From: a virus
Lineage: Duplodnaviria; Caudoviricetes
Virus record (IMG/VR): IMGVR_UViG_3300032560_000102
Coordinates: 1 to 26,435 of that record
Direction: 5' to 3' (one strand)
DNA length: 26,435 nt
Shown: one piece after another, positions 7,426-14,694 of the stretch
Layout of the letters: each line of letters starts with the position of its first letter
How positions within the stretch are numbered: the stretch's first letter is position 1
Notes under the pieces: generated by a model
Told to the model about the DNA's origin: nothing
Seen by the model: only the letters and a program-made list of their open reading frames with translations
Databases searched by the model: none
Program-made: the position numbers and the translations under genes

Positions 7426-7644
7426 ATGGAATATTGCGTTAATTGCAAACACCTAGACCAAGACACTTTACAGTGCTTGTCACCCCAACGCCCTCACGAC
7501 ATGGTGACGGGACTACAAAAGAAAATGACAGCAAACAATAGCCGTAACTTACCCATAAGCGGATGCGGGGAAGATGCGAAGTGGTTTGCTTTTATTGAAG
7601 TAGAGGATCTTGACGATCTTTCAGCAATCCCTTTTGGTAAATAA
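7426..7644 (+). CDS. Small Cys-containing hypothetical protein
   Basis: CVNCKH...C...CGEDAKWF pattern. AAGGA SD preceded by CCTAACT (7403-7409). Confidence 0.75.
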   Translation: MEYCVNCKHLDQDTLQCLSPQRPHDMVTGLQKKMTANNSRNLPISGCGEDAKWFAFIEVEDLDDLSAIPFGK

Positions 7645-7651
7645 CCTAACT
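7642..7651 (+). promoter_or_regulatory. TAACCTAACT leader motif, copy 4
   Basis: Exact copy before the GGAG SD and ATG 7665. Confidence 0.65.
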
Positions 7652-7664
7652 AATGGAGTTAATC

Positions 7665-7931
7665 ATGTCAAAAACACCAAGTAGCAAGAATGAACCTAAG
7701 TTTCCAGTAAATAAAGTTGATAAGAAGATCAATGATGCTTACACCAAAAAAGAAGTAGATCGCCTTAAAAACCTAGTGGCAAGGCAAGACGATCAGATCA
7801 TTCAGATGTGCGATGAGCTAAACGAGTTTAAAAAGAGCATTGAGGAATCAGATGAGGAGATCTCAGTTCTTATTGGTCGCATTGAAAACTATCGTGAAAT
7901 CATCAAAACTATCTTGGAGATCACAGAATGA
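7665..7931 (+). CDS. Coiled-coil hypothetical protein
   Basis: Start revised to ATG 7665 (GGAG SD). Heptad-rich C-terminal half. Confidence 0.7.
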   Translation: MSKTPSSKNEPKFPVNKVDKKINDAYTKKEVDRLKNLVARQDDQIIQMCDELNEFKKSIEESDEEISVLIGRIENYREIIKTILEITE

Positions 7932-8128
7932 AAGCATTTCCAAATCCTATGACGCTAGATCGTAGCGGTAGAACTGTTGAAAATCAAGTCGGCATGGACT
8001 TACGAGATTACTTTGCATCCAAAATAATTGTTGCTTTAATACCTAATAATCAATCACCCGAGATGATTCCTTATGTATGCGAGGCAGCATATAAATGGGC
8101 TGACACAATGATGGAGGCTCGCAAATGA
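7928..8128 (+). CDS. Conserved phage hypothetical protein (AFP...GMxLRDYFA family)
   Basis: MKAFP...GMDLRDYFAS...AYKWADTMMEAR, with ATGA overlaps at both ends. Confidence 0.8.
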   Translation: MKAFPNPMTLDRSGRTVENQVGMDLRDYFASKIIVALIPNNQSPEMIPYVCEAAYKWADTMMEARK

Positions 8129-9024
8129 ACGATCAAGCAGATTTTGCACCAGAGATAAGGCGTTCTGCTATCTGGTCTGGTGACAGTCGTAAGGTCGCTA
8201 ATGGCAAGATGGTAGATGTGATCCTAGAGAAGCAAGGTAAGAAAGAGTTAAAAGACCTCTCAGGCGTGGAAGCAGTGCAGATGGGTCATGTTATGCAACC
8301 CCTGATTGGCAAGCTGGCTCAAGATCGTTTAAAGATGGAGTTAAAAGATGCTGATTATTCGATTACCCATTCAAAGCATACTTGGTTTAAATCTCATTTT
8401 GATTTCATTAGTGCTGATGGTGGTGTGCTTGTTGAAGCTAAAAACTACAACGCAGCAGTTCGCTCTAAGTTTGATCCCGACACTAATCGGATTCCTGATG
8501 CTGATTACGCACAACTTGTCCACGAAGCTGCTTGCCACAATGTTAATCGGATCTTTTTGGCTGTTTTATTTGGTGGTCAAGAGTTTCATACCTTTGAATT
8601 TACTATTTCAGACCAAGAAAAAGATGATCTCATACAGAAAATGGCTACAGTTTGGGGTCATTGCCAAGCGGGTACGCTTCCGCCAGCAGAAACAATTGAG
8701 CAAACTAAGATCATTTACCCGTCATCCTCTACTGCGGTGGTTACGGCTACACAGCAAGTTGAGTTGGCTATCGCTCAATTACGGGATGTCAAGAATCAGA
8801 TTAAACACCTTGAAGCTACTGAGGAGCAGATTGAAGTGGCTGTCCGTAATCTTATGGGAGAGTGCCAGGAGATTAGAACAGTGGATGGACAGACATTAGT
8901 TTCTTGGAAGTCCTCTAAAAGCTCTAAGAAGTTCTCAGCATCACTGTTTCAGAGTGCCATGCCTGATATTTATGAGCAGTTCGTAGTAGAAACAATGGGC
9001 AGTAGGAGATTTTTGGTGAAATAA
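8125..9024 (+). CDS. YqaJ-like viral recombinase exonuclease
   Basis: RRSAIWSGD, MGHVMQP, SHFDF, LVEAKN and YAQLVH match lambda-exonuclease/YqaJ motifs. Confidence 0.85.
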   Translation: MNDQADFAPEIRRSAIWSGDSRKVANGKMVDVILEKQGKKELKDLSGVEAVQMGHVMQPLIGKLAQDRLKMELKDADYSITHSKHTWFKSHFDFISADGGVLVEAKNYNAAVRSKFDPDTNRIPDADYAQLVHEAACHNVNRIFLAVLFGGQEFHTFEFTISDQEKDDLIQKMATVWGHCQAGTLPPAETIEQTKIIYPSSSTAVVTATQQVELAIAQLRDVKNQIKHLEATEEQIEVAVRNLMGECQEIRTVDGQTLVSWKSSKSSKKFSASLFQSAMPDIYEQFVVETMGSRRFLVK

Positions 9025-9111
9025 ATGAACAACATTGACCTCGCAATATATGTAATGGCTGCATCCTCAGTCATCGACACAATCCTAACTTTAGCGGAGA
9101 AATTTACATGA
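9025..9111 (+). CDS. Very small hydrophobic ORF (28 aa)
   Basis: MNNIDLAIYVMAASSVIDTILTLAEKFT exactly fills the gap, with an ATGA overlap to the next gene. Confidence 0.45.
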   Translation: MNNIDLAIYVMAASSVIDTILTLAEKFT

Positions 9112-9932
9112 GCAATATCGTTAGTTTTAACGAGATGGAGCAGATGGCACAAGCAATAGCTAAGTCTGGTCTGTTTGGTATGAAGGACACTAATAGTGTT
9201 TTAGCACTAATGGCGGTAGCACAAGCGGAAGGTTTACATCCTGCAACGGCAGCTCGTGACTTTCACATAATCCAAGGCAGACCCGCATTGAAGGCTGATG
9301 CGATGCTTGCCCGTTTCCAAAATGCAGGTGGCAAAGTCGAATGGAAGGAATACACAGATGAGCAAGTTACAGGAGTTTTTTCACATCCCAACGGGGGTAA
9401 CCTTGCGGTTACATGGACCATTGGACAAGCTACCAAAATCGGTCTTGTTAAACCAGGAAGCGGATGGCAAAAGTTTCCCAGAGCGATGCTCAGAAGCCGT
9501 TGTATTTCAGAGGGGATTAGATCAGTTTTCCCTGGATCTGTTACGGGGTTCTACTCGCCAGATGAAGTCGAAAACTTCGAAACCCAGACCGTCAAGCCTA
9601 CCGTATTAAAAGACATGGGATCAGTCATTCCTAGCGTAGTGGATCTTTCCGCTATTCCTGATGACATCCCTGATATGGCATTGCCGATGTATGTTCCTGG
9701 TAATGATGTTCCGTATGCGCATTATGTTTGTAAAGATGATTGGATTGATGGTTTCGCAGAGATGCACGCCAAGATCCATGAATCTACCAAGATGACAGCA
9801 GAGGAAAAATTCACCAAGATAAAGGCGTTTAGAGATGTCAATGAAGCCTATACAAAAACATTTGACGGCAATACTACAGCAAAGTTTTTATCAAAACTCC
9901 AAGCAATTAGAAAGGAAATCAACAATGGCTAA
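9108..9932 (+). CDS. RecT/Red-beta-like single-strand annealing protein
   Basis: Follows YqaJ. HIIQGRPALKADAM, WQKFPRAMLRSRC and GFYSPDE are typical of phage annealases. Confidence 0.78.
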   Translation: MSNIVSFNEMEQMAQAIAKSGLFGMKDTNSVLALMAVAQAEGLHPATAARDFHIIQGRPALKADAMLARFQNAGGKVEWKEYTDEQVTGVFSHPNGGNLAVTWTIGQATKIGLVKPGSGWQKFPRAMLRSRCISEGIRSVFPGSVTGFYSPDEVENFETQTVKPTVLKDMGSVIPSVVDLSAIPDDIPDMALPMYVPGNDVPYAHYVCKDDWIDGFAEMHAKIHESTKMTAEEKFTKIKAFRDVNEAYTKTFDGNTTAKFLSKLQAIRKEINNG

Positions 9933-10194
9933 TGGTCATATCGCCCAGATGGGCAAAGGTGTTCTGTTTCAGAACGAAAAGAAAACCAATGAGCGCTCTC
10001 CTGATTGGAAAGGTACGCTATTGCTCTCAGAGGACTATAAAGCGGGTCAAACCCTGAAGATTGCTGGCTGGACTAAGCAAACCCCTAAAGGTAGTTTGAT
10101 TAGCTTGTCTGAGGATAACTGGAAGCCTGATACAGGTGGCGCTTATCCAAAAGAAGTGAATAAGCGTGTTGATGATTCTGATGTACCATTTTAG
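9925..10194 (+). CDS. Putative single-stranded DNA-binding protein (DUF736-like)
   Basis: Start revised to ATG 9925. GVLFQNEKK..PDWKG..IAGW..ISLS, with an SSB-type acidic tail DDSDVPF. Confidence 0.75.
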   Translation: MANGHIAQMGKGVLFQNEKKTNERSPDWKGTLLLSEDYKAGQTLKIAGWTKQTPKGSLISLSEDNWKPDTGGAYPKEVNKRVDDSDVPF

Positions 10195-10229
10195 TTTAGA
10201 ATGGGTATAATGGCACAAAGGAGGTAGCC

Positions 10230-10667
10230 ATGAAAACTTGTTTTAAATGCAAAAAAGAAAAGCCGTTAGCCGATTTTTATAAACACAAAATGATGGCTGA
10301 CGGTCATCTTAATAAATGCAAAGAATGTACCAAAAAAGATGCAACTGAACACAGAAATAAAAATATTGAAAGGGTTAGAGCGTATGACAGTGAACGAGCA
10401 AAACTTCCTCACAGACAAACACTCAAAACAGAGCAAACAAGATTTTGGAGAGCAGAAGATGCCCGAAGAAGCAAATGTCATAGAGCTGTGGCACTTGCCA
10501 TAAAAAAAGGGGAGCTTGTGCGAAAGGATTGTAATAGATGTGGAGAACCAAAAAGTCTTGCTCACCACGAAGATTACGACAAACCCCTTCAAGTTATTTG
10601 GCTCTGCCAGCCATGCCACAATCGTAGGCATAAAGAAATGAAACTTATATTAAACAAAGGATTCTAA
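10230..10667 (+). CDS. Zn-finger HNH endonuclease
   Basis: CFKC...CKEC, then CNRC...AHHEDYDKPLQVIWLCQPCHNRRH. AAGGAGG SD and its own TATAAT at 10206-10211. Confidence 0.85.
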   Translation: MKTCFKCKKEKPLADFYKHKMMADGHLNKCKECTKKDATEHRNKNIERVRAYDSERAKLPHRQTLKTEQTRFWRAEDARRSKCHRAVALAIKKGELVRKDCNRCGEPKSLAHHEDYDKPLQVIWLCQPCHNRRHKEMKLILNKGF

Positions 10668-10828
10668 TGAAAAATTTTATTGTGCTAATTATGGTAGCCG
10701 TTACATTCTTGATGTTTGGAATCTCTCAATGTCATGCAGCTACTAAGTGTGAGCGTGACTATACAGGTGGTATCTGTTGTTGGGATACCAATACCGAAGG
10801 ACCATTTAAACCAATGAGCTGCTATTGA
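10667..10828 (+). CDS. Small secreted Cys-rich peptide (53 aa, not in the ORF track)
   Basis: MKNFIVLIMVAVTFLMFGISQCHA|ATKCERDYTGGICCWDTNTEGPFKPMSCY. TAATG and TGATG coupling to its neighbours. Confidence 0.7.
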   Translation: MKNFIVLIMVAVTFLMFGISQCHAATKCERDYTGGICCWDTNTEGPFKPMSCY

Positions 10829-11211
10829 TGGTTGTTTTAAATTTACCTTACCCTCCCAGTATCAATAACTACTGGATCGCTTCAGGAAACAGACGGTTTA
10901 TCTCTAAGCGGGGTAGGGAATTTAAAAATGCAGTCGCAGAGTATTGCGCTGAGTTCAGAGTTCCTAAATTTGGCGATAAACAAGTTTGGGTAGATATTTT
11001 TCTCTATCCACGCTCTAAAAAGCTCATGGATGTTGATAACTGCATAAAACCAATATTAGATGCCTTGCAAGATGCTGGTGTATTTGATGATGATGTTCAA
11101 GTTCACTGGGTTCGCATTGAGCGAGGTATGGTTAAAAAGAACGGTGGTTGTTTAGTCATGATTGATTATTTGGAAGAATCACCAGCTCAAGGGGAATCTG
11201 GCGTGAATTAG
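10828..11211 (+). CDS. rusA: RusA-family Holliday junction resolvase
   Basis: LPYPPSINNYW and DVDNCIKPILDALQDAGVFDDDVQV signatures. Confidence 0.92.
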   Translation: MVVLNLPYPPSINNYWIASGNRRFISKRGREFKNAVAEYCAEFRVPKFGDKQVWVDIFLYPRSKKLMDVDNCIKPILDALQDAGVFDDDVQVHWVRIERGMVKKNGGCLVMIDYLEESPAQGESGVN

Positions 11212-11277
11212 CCAGGTAGTTAGGGGTTGAGCCAGCCAACTTCTTGGGCAAGCTGGCACTCATTTAAGGGGATATTT

Positions 11278-11514
11278 ATGAACAATAAACCAGTAGCGTG
11301 GATGAACGCACACACAGGGCATTTATGTAGTGGTGGTTTTTTGATGACCAAAATGCAAGATTACATTCCACTCTACACCCATCCAGCAAAGACACTAACA
11401 GATGAGGAAATACTAAATATTGCCCATCAAATTCGTTTAATAGATAGGCAAACTGCTGATGATGGGCATTTATATTTTGCTAGAGCAATACTAAGAAAGG
11501 CACAAGAGACATGA
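11278..11514 (+). CDS. Hypothetical protein, PVAWM/PLYT/KTLTD family, copy A
   Basis: Start revised to ATG 11278 (AAGGGG SD). Paralog of 11705-11947. Confidence 0.75.
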   Translation: MNNKPVAWMNAHTGHLCSGGFLMTKMQDYIPLYTHPAKTLTDEEILNIAHQIRLIDRQTADDGHLYFARAILRKAQET

Positions 11515-11708
11515 AACCTTTAATAGATAGATTGCAAATAGCACAAGGTAACAATAATGCGGATGAGTTAATTCCAGAGGTTATTGAAATGCTTTGCCAG
11601 CAACAAGCTGAAATAGAGGTGTTGAAAGCCAAGCTAAAGCAATATCATTTAAAAGAAGATTTAGATAGAAACCTAAATTTAATTTATGGCAAGGAGTTTG
11701 TTAAATGA
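11511..11708 (+). CDS. Hypothetical coiled-coil protein
   Basis: ATGA overlaps on both sides. QQQAEIEVLKAKL. Confidence 0.7.
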   Translation: MKPLIDRLQIAQGNNNADELIPEVIEMLCQQQAEIEVLKAKLKQYHLKEDLDRNLNLIYGKEFVK

Positions 11709-11947
11709 ACAATGAACCAGTAGCGTGGATGCTTAAAACAGGTCATGGCACAAAGATTGTAGAGAAGAAGCCTTATTGTGAAGTTGATTATTGGAAACCA
11801 CTTTACACACAGCCAACAAAGACACTAACAGATGCTGTAGTAAACGAATTGTGGGCAGAATCGCATGAAGATGGGATTGCTATGCAACACGGATTTACTA
11901 CGCAACAACATTATTTTGCCCATCTAATACTAAGAAAGGCACAATAA
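11705..11947 (+). CDS. Hypothetical protein, PVAWM/PLYT/KTLTD family, copy B
   Basis: Shares three near-identical DNA blocks with copy A. Confidence 0.75.
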   Translation: MNNEPVAWMLKTGHGTKIVEKKPYCEVDYWKPLYTQPTKTLTDAVVNELWAESHEDGIAMQHGFTTQQHYFAHLILRKAQ

Positions 11948-12039
11948 TGAAATTTTGGAAAAGAAAACAGATGAACGGCAAGACTTTTGAGATTGTGCAG
12001 ATTTTAGGTGATCTCATCATTGTTAAAGAGTTCAAATAG
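11947..12039 (+). CDS. Small hypothetical protein (30 aa)
   Basis: MKFWKRKQMNGKTFEIVQILGDLIIVKEFK, with TAATG coupling upstream and TAGTG downstream. Confidence 0.45.
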   Translation: MKFWKRKQMNGKTFEIVQILGDLIIVKEFK

Positions 12040-12482
12040 TGAATGGATCAAACTCCTACGCAGAACGGCAAACCGTTGCTAACAAAGGTGAGGTTCTATT
12101 TCAGGAATGGTGTCAATTTAACGGCTATCAAGTCAGTAGGATTGGCTTTGATGAAAAGCATGGAAATGTGGCTAATTTTTTCAATTTGCCTTGTCTTTTA
12201 CGCAATTTACCTGATTTTGTTATCAGTAGAGGTGATGAAACGATGGTGGTTAATGTCAAAGGAACAGCCAATTTTAAGGAAAAAGAAATAAAGATGATTC
12301 CGATGTTTCTGGAATGGTTTAGCAGTAAGAAAGCACCACTGGTTTATGCTTTTTGCTTTGAGGGTTGCGATCCCTTGTTTGTTTATCCAGAGAAAGTAAT
12401 TTATCTGTATGAAAAAGCTACTAATCGCAAATGGAATGATGGAGTGATCTATCGCAACTTAAACTTTATGGAATTATTATGA
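12039..12482 (+). CDS. Putative PD-(D/E)xK-fold nuclease
   Basis: GEVLF...LPDFVI...VVNVKGT pattern, with N at the canonical D/E position. Confidence 0.55.
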   Translation: MNGSNSYAERQTVANKGEVLFQEWCQFNGYQVSRIGFDEKHGNVANFFNLPCLLRNLPDFVISRGDETMVVNVKGTANFKEKEIKMIPMFLEWFSSKKAPLVYAFCFEGCDPLFVYPEKVIYLYEKATNRKWNDGVIYRNLNFMELL

Positions 12483-13234
12483 CCGATCTATCTCAAGTAA
12501 AAATATTTGTGGCTAGCCCTATGTACGGAGGCATGTGTGCTGGTTACTACACTCAATCAGTGATGCAAGCTCAAATGGTGTTTTCTCATTACAAAATAAA
12601 CAGCTCTTTTAGTTTTATGTTCAATGAGAGCCTAATTACCCGTGCCAGGAACGCTTTAACAGCAACTTTTCTCAAAGGTGAATATACGCACCTCATGTTT
12701 ATAGATGCAGACATCAAGTTCAATCCTCACGACATTGTAAAAATGATTGAGGCTGATAAAGACATTATTTGCGGTATTTACCCTAAAAAAGAGATTAACT
12801 GGGATACAGTAAAGAACGCAATGGATGCTGGTGTGCCTAATGATCGTTTAAAGCACCATACAGGCTCTTTTGTGGTCAATTTGGTAGATTACCAAGGAGA
12901 AGTCACTGTGCCTGTTGCAGAGCCTGTAGAGATCTTTAATGGCGGTACTGGATATATGCTGATTAAGCGTGAAGTTTTTGAAAAGTTAGCAGATCATGTG
13001 CCAACTTACTTTAATGATGTTTTAGACCTTGCTGGCACTGTTGGGCAGCGTGATGAGATTAAAGAGTTCTTTACTACTTCGATTGAGCCTGAAACTCAGC
13101 GCTTGTTGTCAGAGGATTACCACTTTTGCCGTATTTGGAGGCAAATTGGCGGTAAGGTTTACGCTGCTCCCTGGTGTGATCTCGCTCATATAGGTACTTA
13201 CGCCTTTGAGGGTAAATTGATCCCTGCTGGTTAA
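12479..13234 (+). CDS. GT-A fold glycosyltransferase (GT2-like)
   Basis: IFVASPMYGG, ESLITRARN, LMFIDADI (DxD), GTGYMLIKREVF and LSEDYHFC. Confidence 0.85.
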   Translation: MTDLSQVKIFVASPMYGGMCAGYYTQSVMQAQMVFSHYKINSSFSFMFNESLITRARNALTATFLKGEYTHLMFIDADIKFNPHDIVKMIEADKDIICGIYPKKEINWDTVKNAMDAGVPNDRLKHHTGSFVVNLVDYQGEVTVPVAEPVEIFNGGTGYMLIKREVFEKLADHVPTYFNDVLDLAGTVGQRDEIKEFFTTSIEPETQRLLSEDYHFCRIWRQIGGKVYAAPWCDLAHIGTYAFEGKLIPAG

Positions 13235-13263
13235 TGTTGCAGTGCAACAATTTAATTTTGTTT
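13235..13263. terminator. Possible terminator at the convergence of the two arms
   Basis: TGTTGC-AGT-GCAACA hairpin followed by T-rich sequence. Confidence 0.3.
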
Positions 13264-13302
13264 GGGGAGGAGAAGCCCCATTCAAACCTAGCACCCAATG
13301 AA

Positions 13303-13494
13303 TCATAGTTTAATATTTACCCAGATACGCTCATGTAGCCAATACAGGGCTATCTTGGTAAATAACTCTATAAACGCAATGGAGAAAGCAAGGGAGGCAT
13401 GACCAGTGATAATCCAAGACAAAACAAATGTGTCAAGGCTACCTGTCATGCGCCAAGTAACTGCTTTAGCTAAAGACTTGTAATGAGAGTCGAT
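13303..13494 (-). CDS. DUF2061-like small membrane protein, apparently lacking a canonical start codon (not in the ORF track)
   Basis: (ATC)DSHYKSLAKAVTWRMTGSLDTFVLSWIITG...ELFTKIALYWLHERIW matches the DUF2061 pattern. Confidence 0.65.
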   Translation of the reverse strand: MDSHYKSLAKAVTWRMTGSLDTFVLSWIITGHASLAFSIAFIELFTKIALYWLHERIWVNIKL

Positions 13495-13498
13495 GATC

Positions 13499-13651
13499 CT
13501 AACCCCTTTTACTTGCTCGCTTGGATCGTTTTGATTTACGCTTTTCTGATAGCGCTATTGCTACCGCTTGTTTTTGCTTTCGACCTTCTCCTATCAGCTT
13601 GCGGATGTTTGCTGACACAGTCTTATTTGTTACACCTTTAGCGAGTGGCAT
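13499..13651 (-). CDS. Small basic phage protein (50 aa, not in the ORF track)
   Basis: GAGGT SD. MPLAKGVTNKTVSANIRKLIGEGRKQKQAVAIALSEKRKSKRSKRASKRG matches the widespread KQAVAIALS family. Confidence 0.75.
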   Translation of the reverse strand: MPLAKGVTNKTVSANIRKLIGEGRKQKQAVAIALSEKRKSKRSKRASKRG

Positions 13652-14063
13652 TGTTTACCTCATCATATTGTTTGTAACAAGACTCTAGTGCTGCCCGCAA
13701 TCCGTCTGCCCTGGCAGCTTCCCTGTCAAGAAAAGCTGCATCCTCGGCAGAAAGGAACAGCCCAGTTCCACCTTGTCCATTGTTGGCGCTGTACTGACTA
13801 CGACTGGGTCTTGAGCGCAACTTGATAAGAGCATCAGCAAGCTGATTGTTGATAGCGTTAATTTGAGCATCTTTTTCTCTCCTAATCTGATCGGCTGCTT
13901 GTTGATTTTCCTTCTCTTTGGCTGCTATTGCTTGTTCCTGAGCTATTTTCTGAGCTGCATCTTTCTTTTGATAGCGCCATCCGTTGACAGTCCAGCCAGC
14001 AGAAAATGTCAAGACTACTGCAACGATGTAAGCAATCAGTTTGAATTGGATGGAAGCGAACAC
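13638..14063 (-). CDS. Rz-like inner-membrane spanin
   Basis: N-terminal TM helix, coiled coil, AARADGLRAALESC, directly after the endolysin. Confidence 0.8.
   Translation of the reverse strand: MFASIQFKLIAYIVAVVLTFSAGWTVNGWRYQKKDAAQKIAQEQAIAAKEKENQQAADQIRREKDAQINAINNQLADALIKLRSRPSRSQYSANNGQGGTGLFLSAEDAAFLDREAARADGLRAALESCYKQYDEVNNATR
13685..13870 (-). CDS. Rz1-like outer-membrane spanin lipoprotein nested in Rz
   Basis: Signal peptide with lipobox LSSC, Pro-containing mature part, alternate frame fully inside Rz. Confidence 0.75.
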   Translation of the reverse strand: MLKLTLSTISLLMLLSSCAQDPVVVSTAPTMDKVELGCSFLPRMQLFLTGKLPGQTDCGQH

Positions 14064-14500
14064 TTTTCATATTCCTCTTGTCTGCGTTTTAAAAGCCCTG
14101 GCTCTACTTTACCGCCAGCAGTATCCCATTTCAACAACTCTTTGCAAGCACCTGCATAGTCCATGCTATTAAGTTTTTTATTAAGGGTTGAGTAGCAGAA
14201 AGCAGACACCCCAACATTATAGGTAAAATCCAAATAAGCATCGTATTCTCCTTGAGAAATAGGCACATGAATACACTTCACCATGCCTTTAGCGTGTTCA
14301 TCAAGACTTTCTTCTAGCTTGACTAACGCTCTTACGGGATCTGTTTTATCACCCTTTTTGACACCGTCAGCTTGACCATAACCAACGGTATAAACACCGC
14401 CTACATCTTGGTAAGCAGTGCCACTATATCCTTCATGTACAGCAACTCCAACAAGCACCGCTGCGCTTGCAATTATGGCAGCAGCGGGCTTTCTATCCAT
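14036..14500 (-). CDS. SAR endolysin, GH24 lysozyme
   Basis: Weakly hydrophobic Ala-rich N-terminus, E-x8-D-x5-T triad (HEG..YQD..YTVGYG), FTYNVG and GLLKRR. Confidence 0.92.
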   Translation of the reverse strand: MDRKPAAAIIASAAVLVGVAVHEGYSGTAYQDVGGVYTVGYGQADGVKKGDKTDPVRALVKLEESLDEHAKGMVKCIHVPISQGEYDAYLDFTYNVGVSAFCYSTLNKKLNSMDYAGACKELLKWDTAGGKVEPGLLKRRQEEYEKCSLPSNSN

Positions 14501-14694
14501 TACTCGGCTGGAGTTTGCTCTACTGGTGTTACATCAGCGGGAGGAGCAACTTCAGGAGCTATTTCGGTAATTGCTTGTGCTTCCTCTTGTGGTTCAGCAT
14601 GAACAGCAAAACGCTGTAATAGCTGATGAATAGCGCTACCCATTTCAATACATTCTTTACTAACAAAAGATTCAATTTTATCTAATAAGCTCAT
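14500..14694 (-). CDS. Hypothetical protein with acidic Pro-rich tail
   Basis: 64 aa, translationally coupled on both sides. Confidence 0.65.
   Translation of the reverse strand: MSLLDKIESFVSKECIEMGSAIHQLLQRFAVHAEPQEEAQAITEIAPEVAPPADVTPVEQTPAE

Noticed and set aside
8348-8899. 183-aa alternative-frame ORF inside yqaJ
   Set aside because: Leu/Met-rich composition typical of an off-frame artefact, with no motif.
11278-11947. CRISPR array or diversity-generating retroelement interpretation of the repeated blocks
   Set aside because: Only two copies, all in-frame coding, no regular spacers, no reverse transcriptase and no adenine-specific differences.
13074-13306. Minus-strand ORFs overlapping the GT 3' end
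   Set aside because: Antisense overlap with a conserved gene and no recognisable features, although 13306 has an ATGA overlap.
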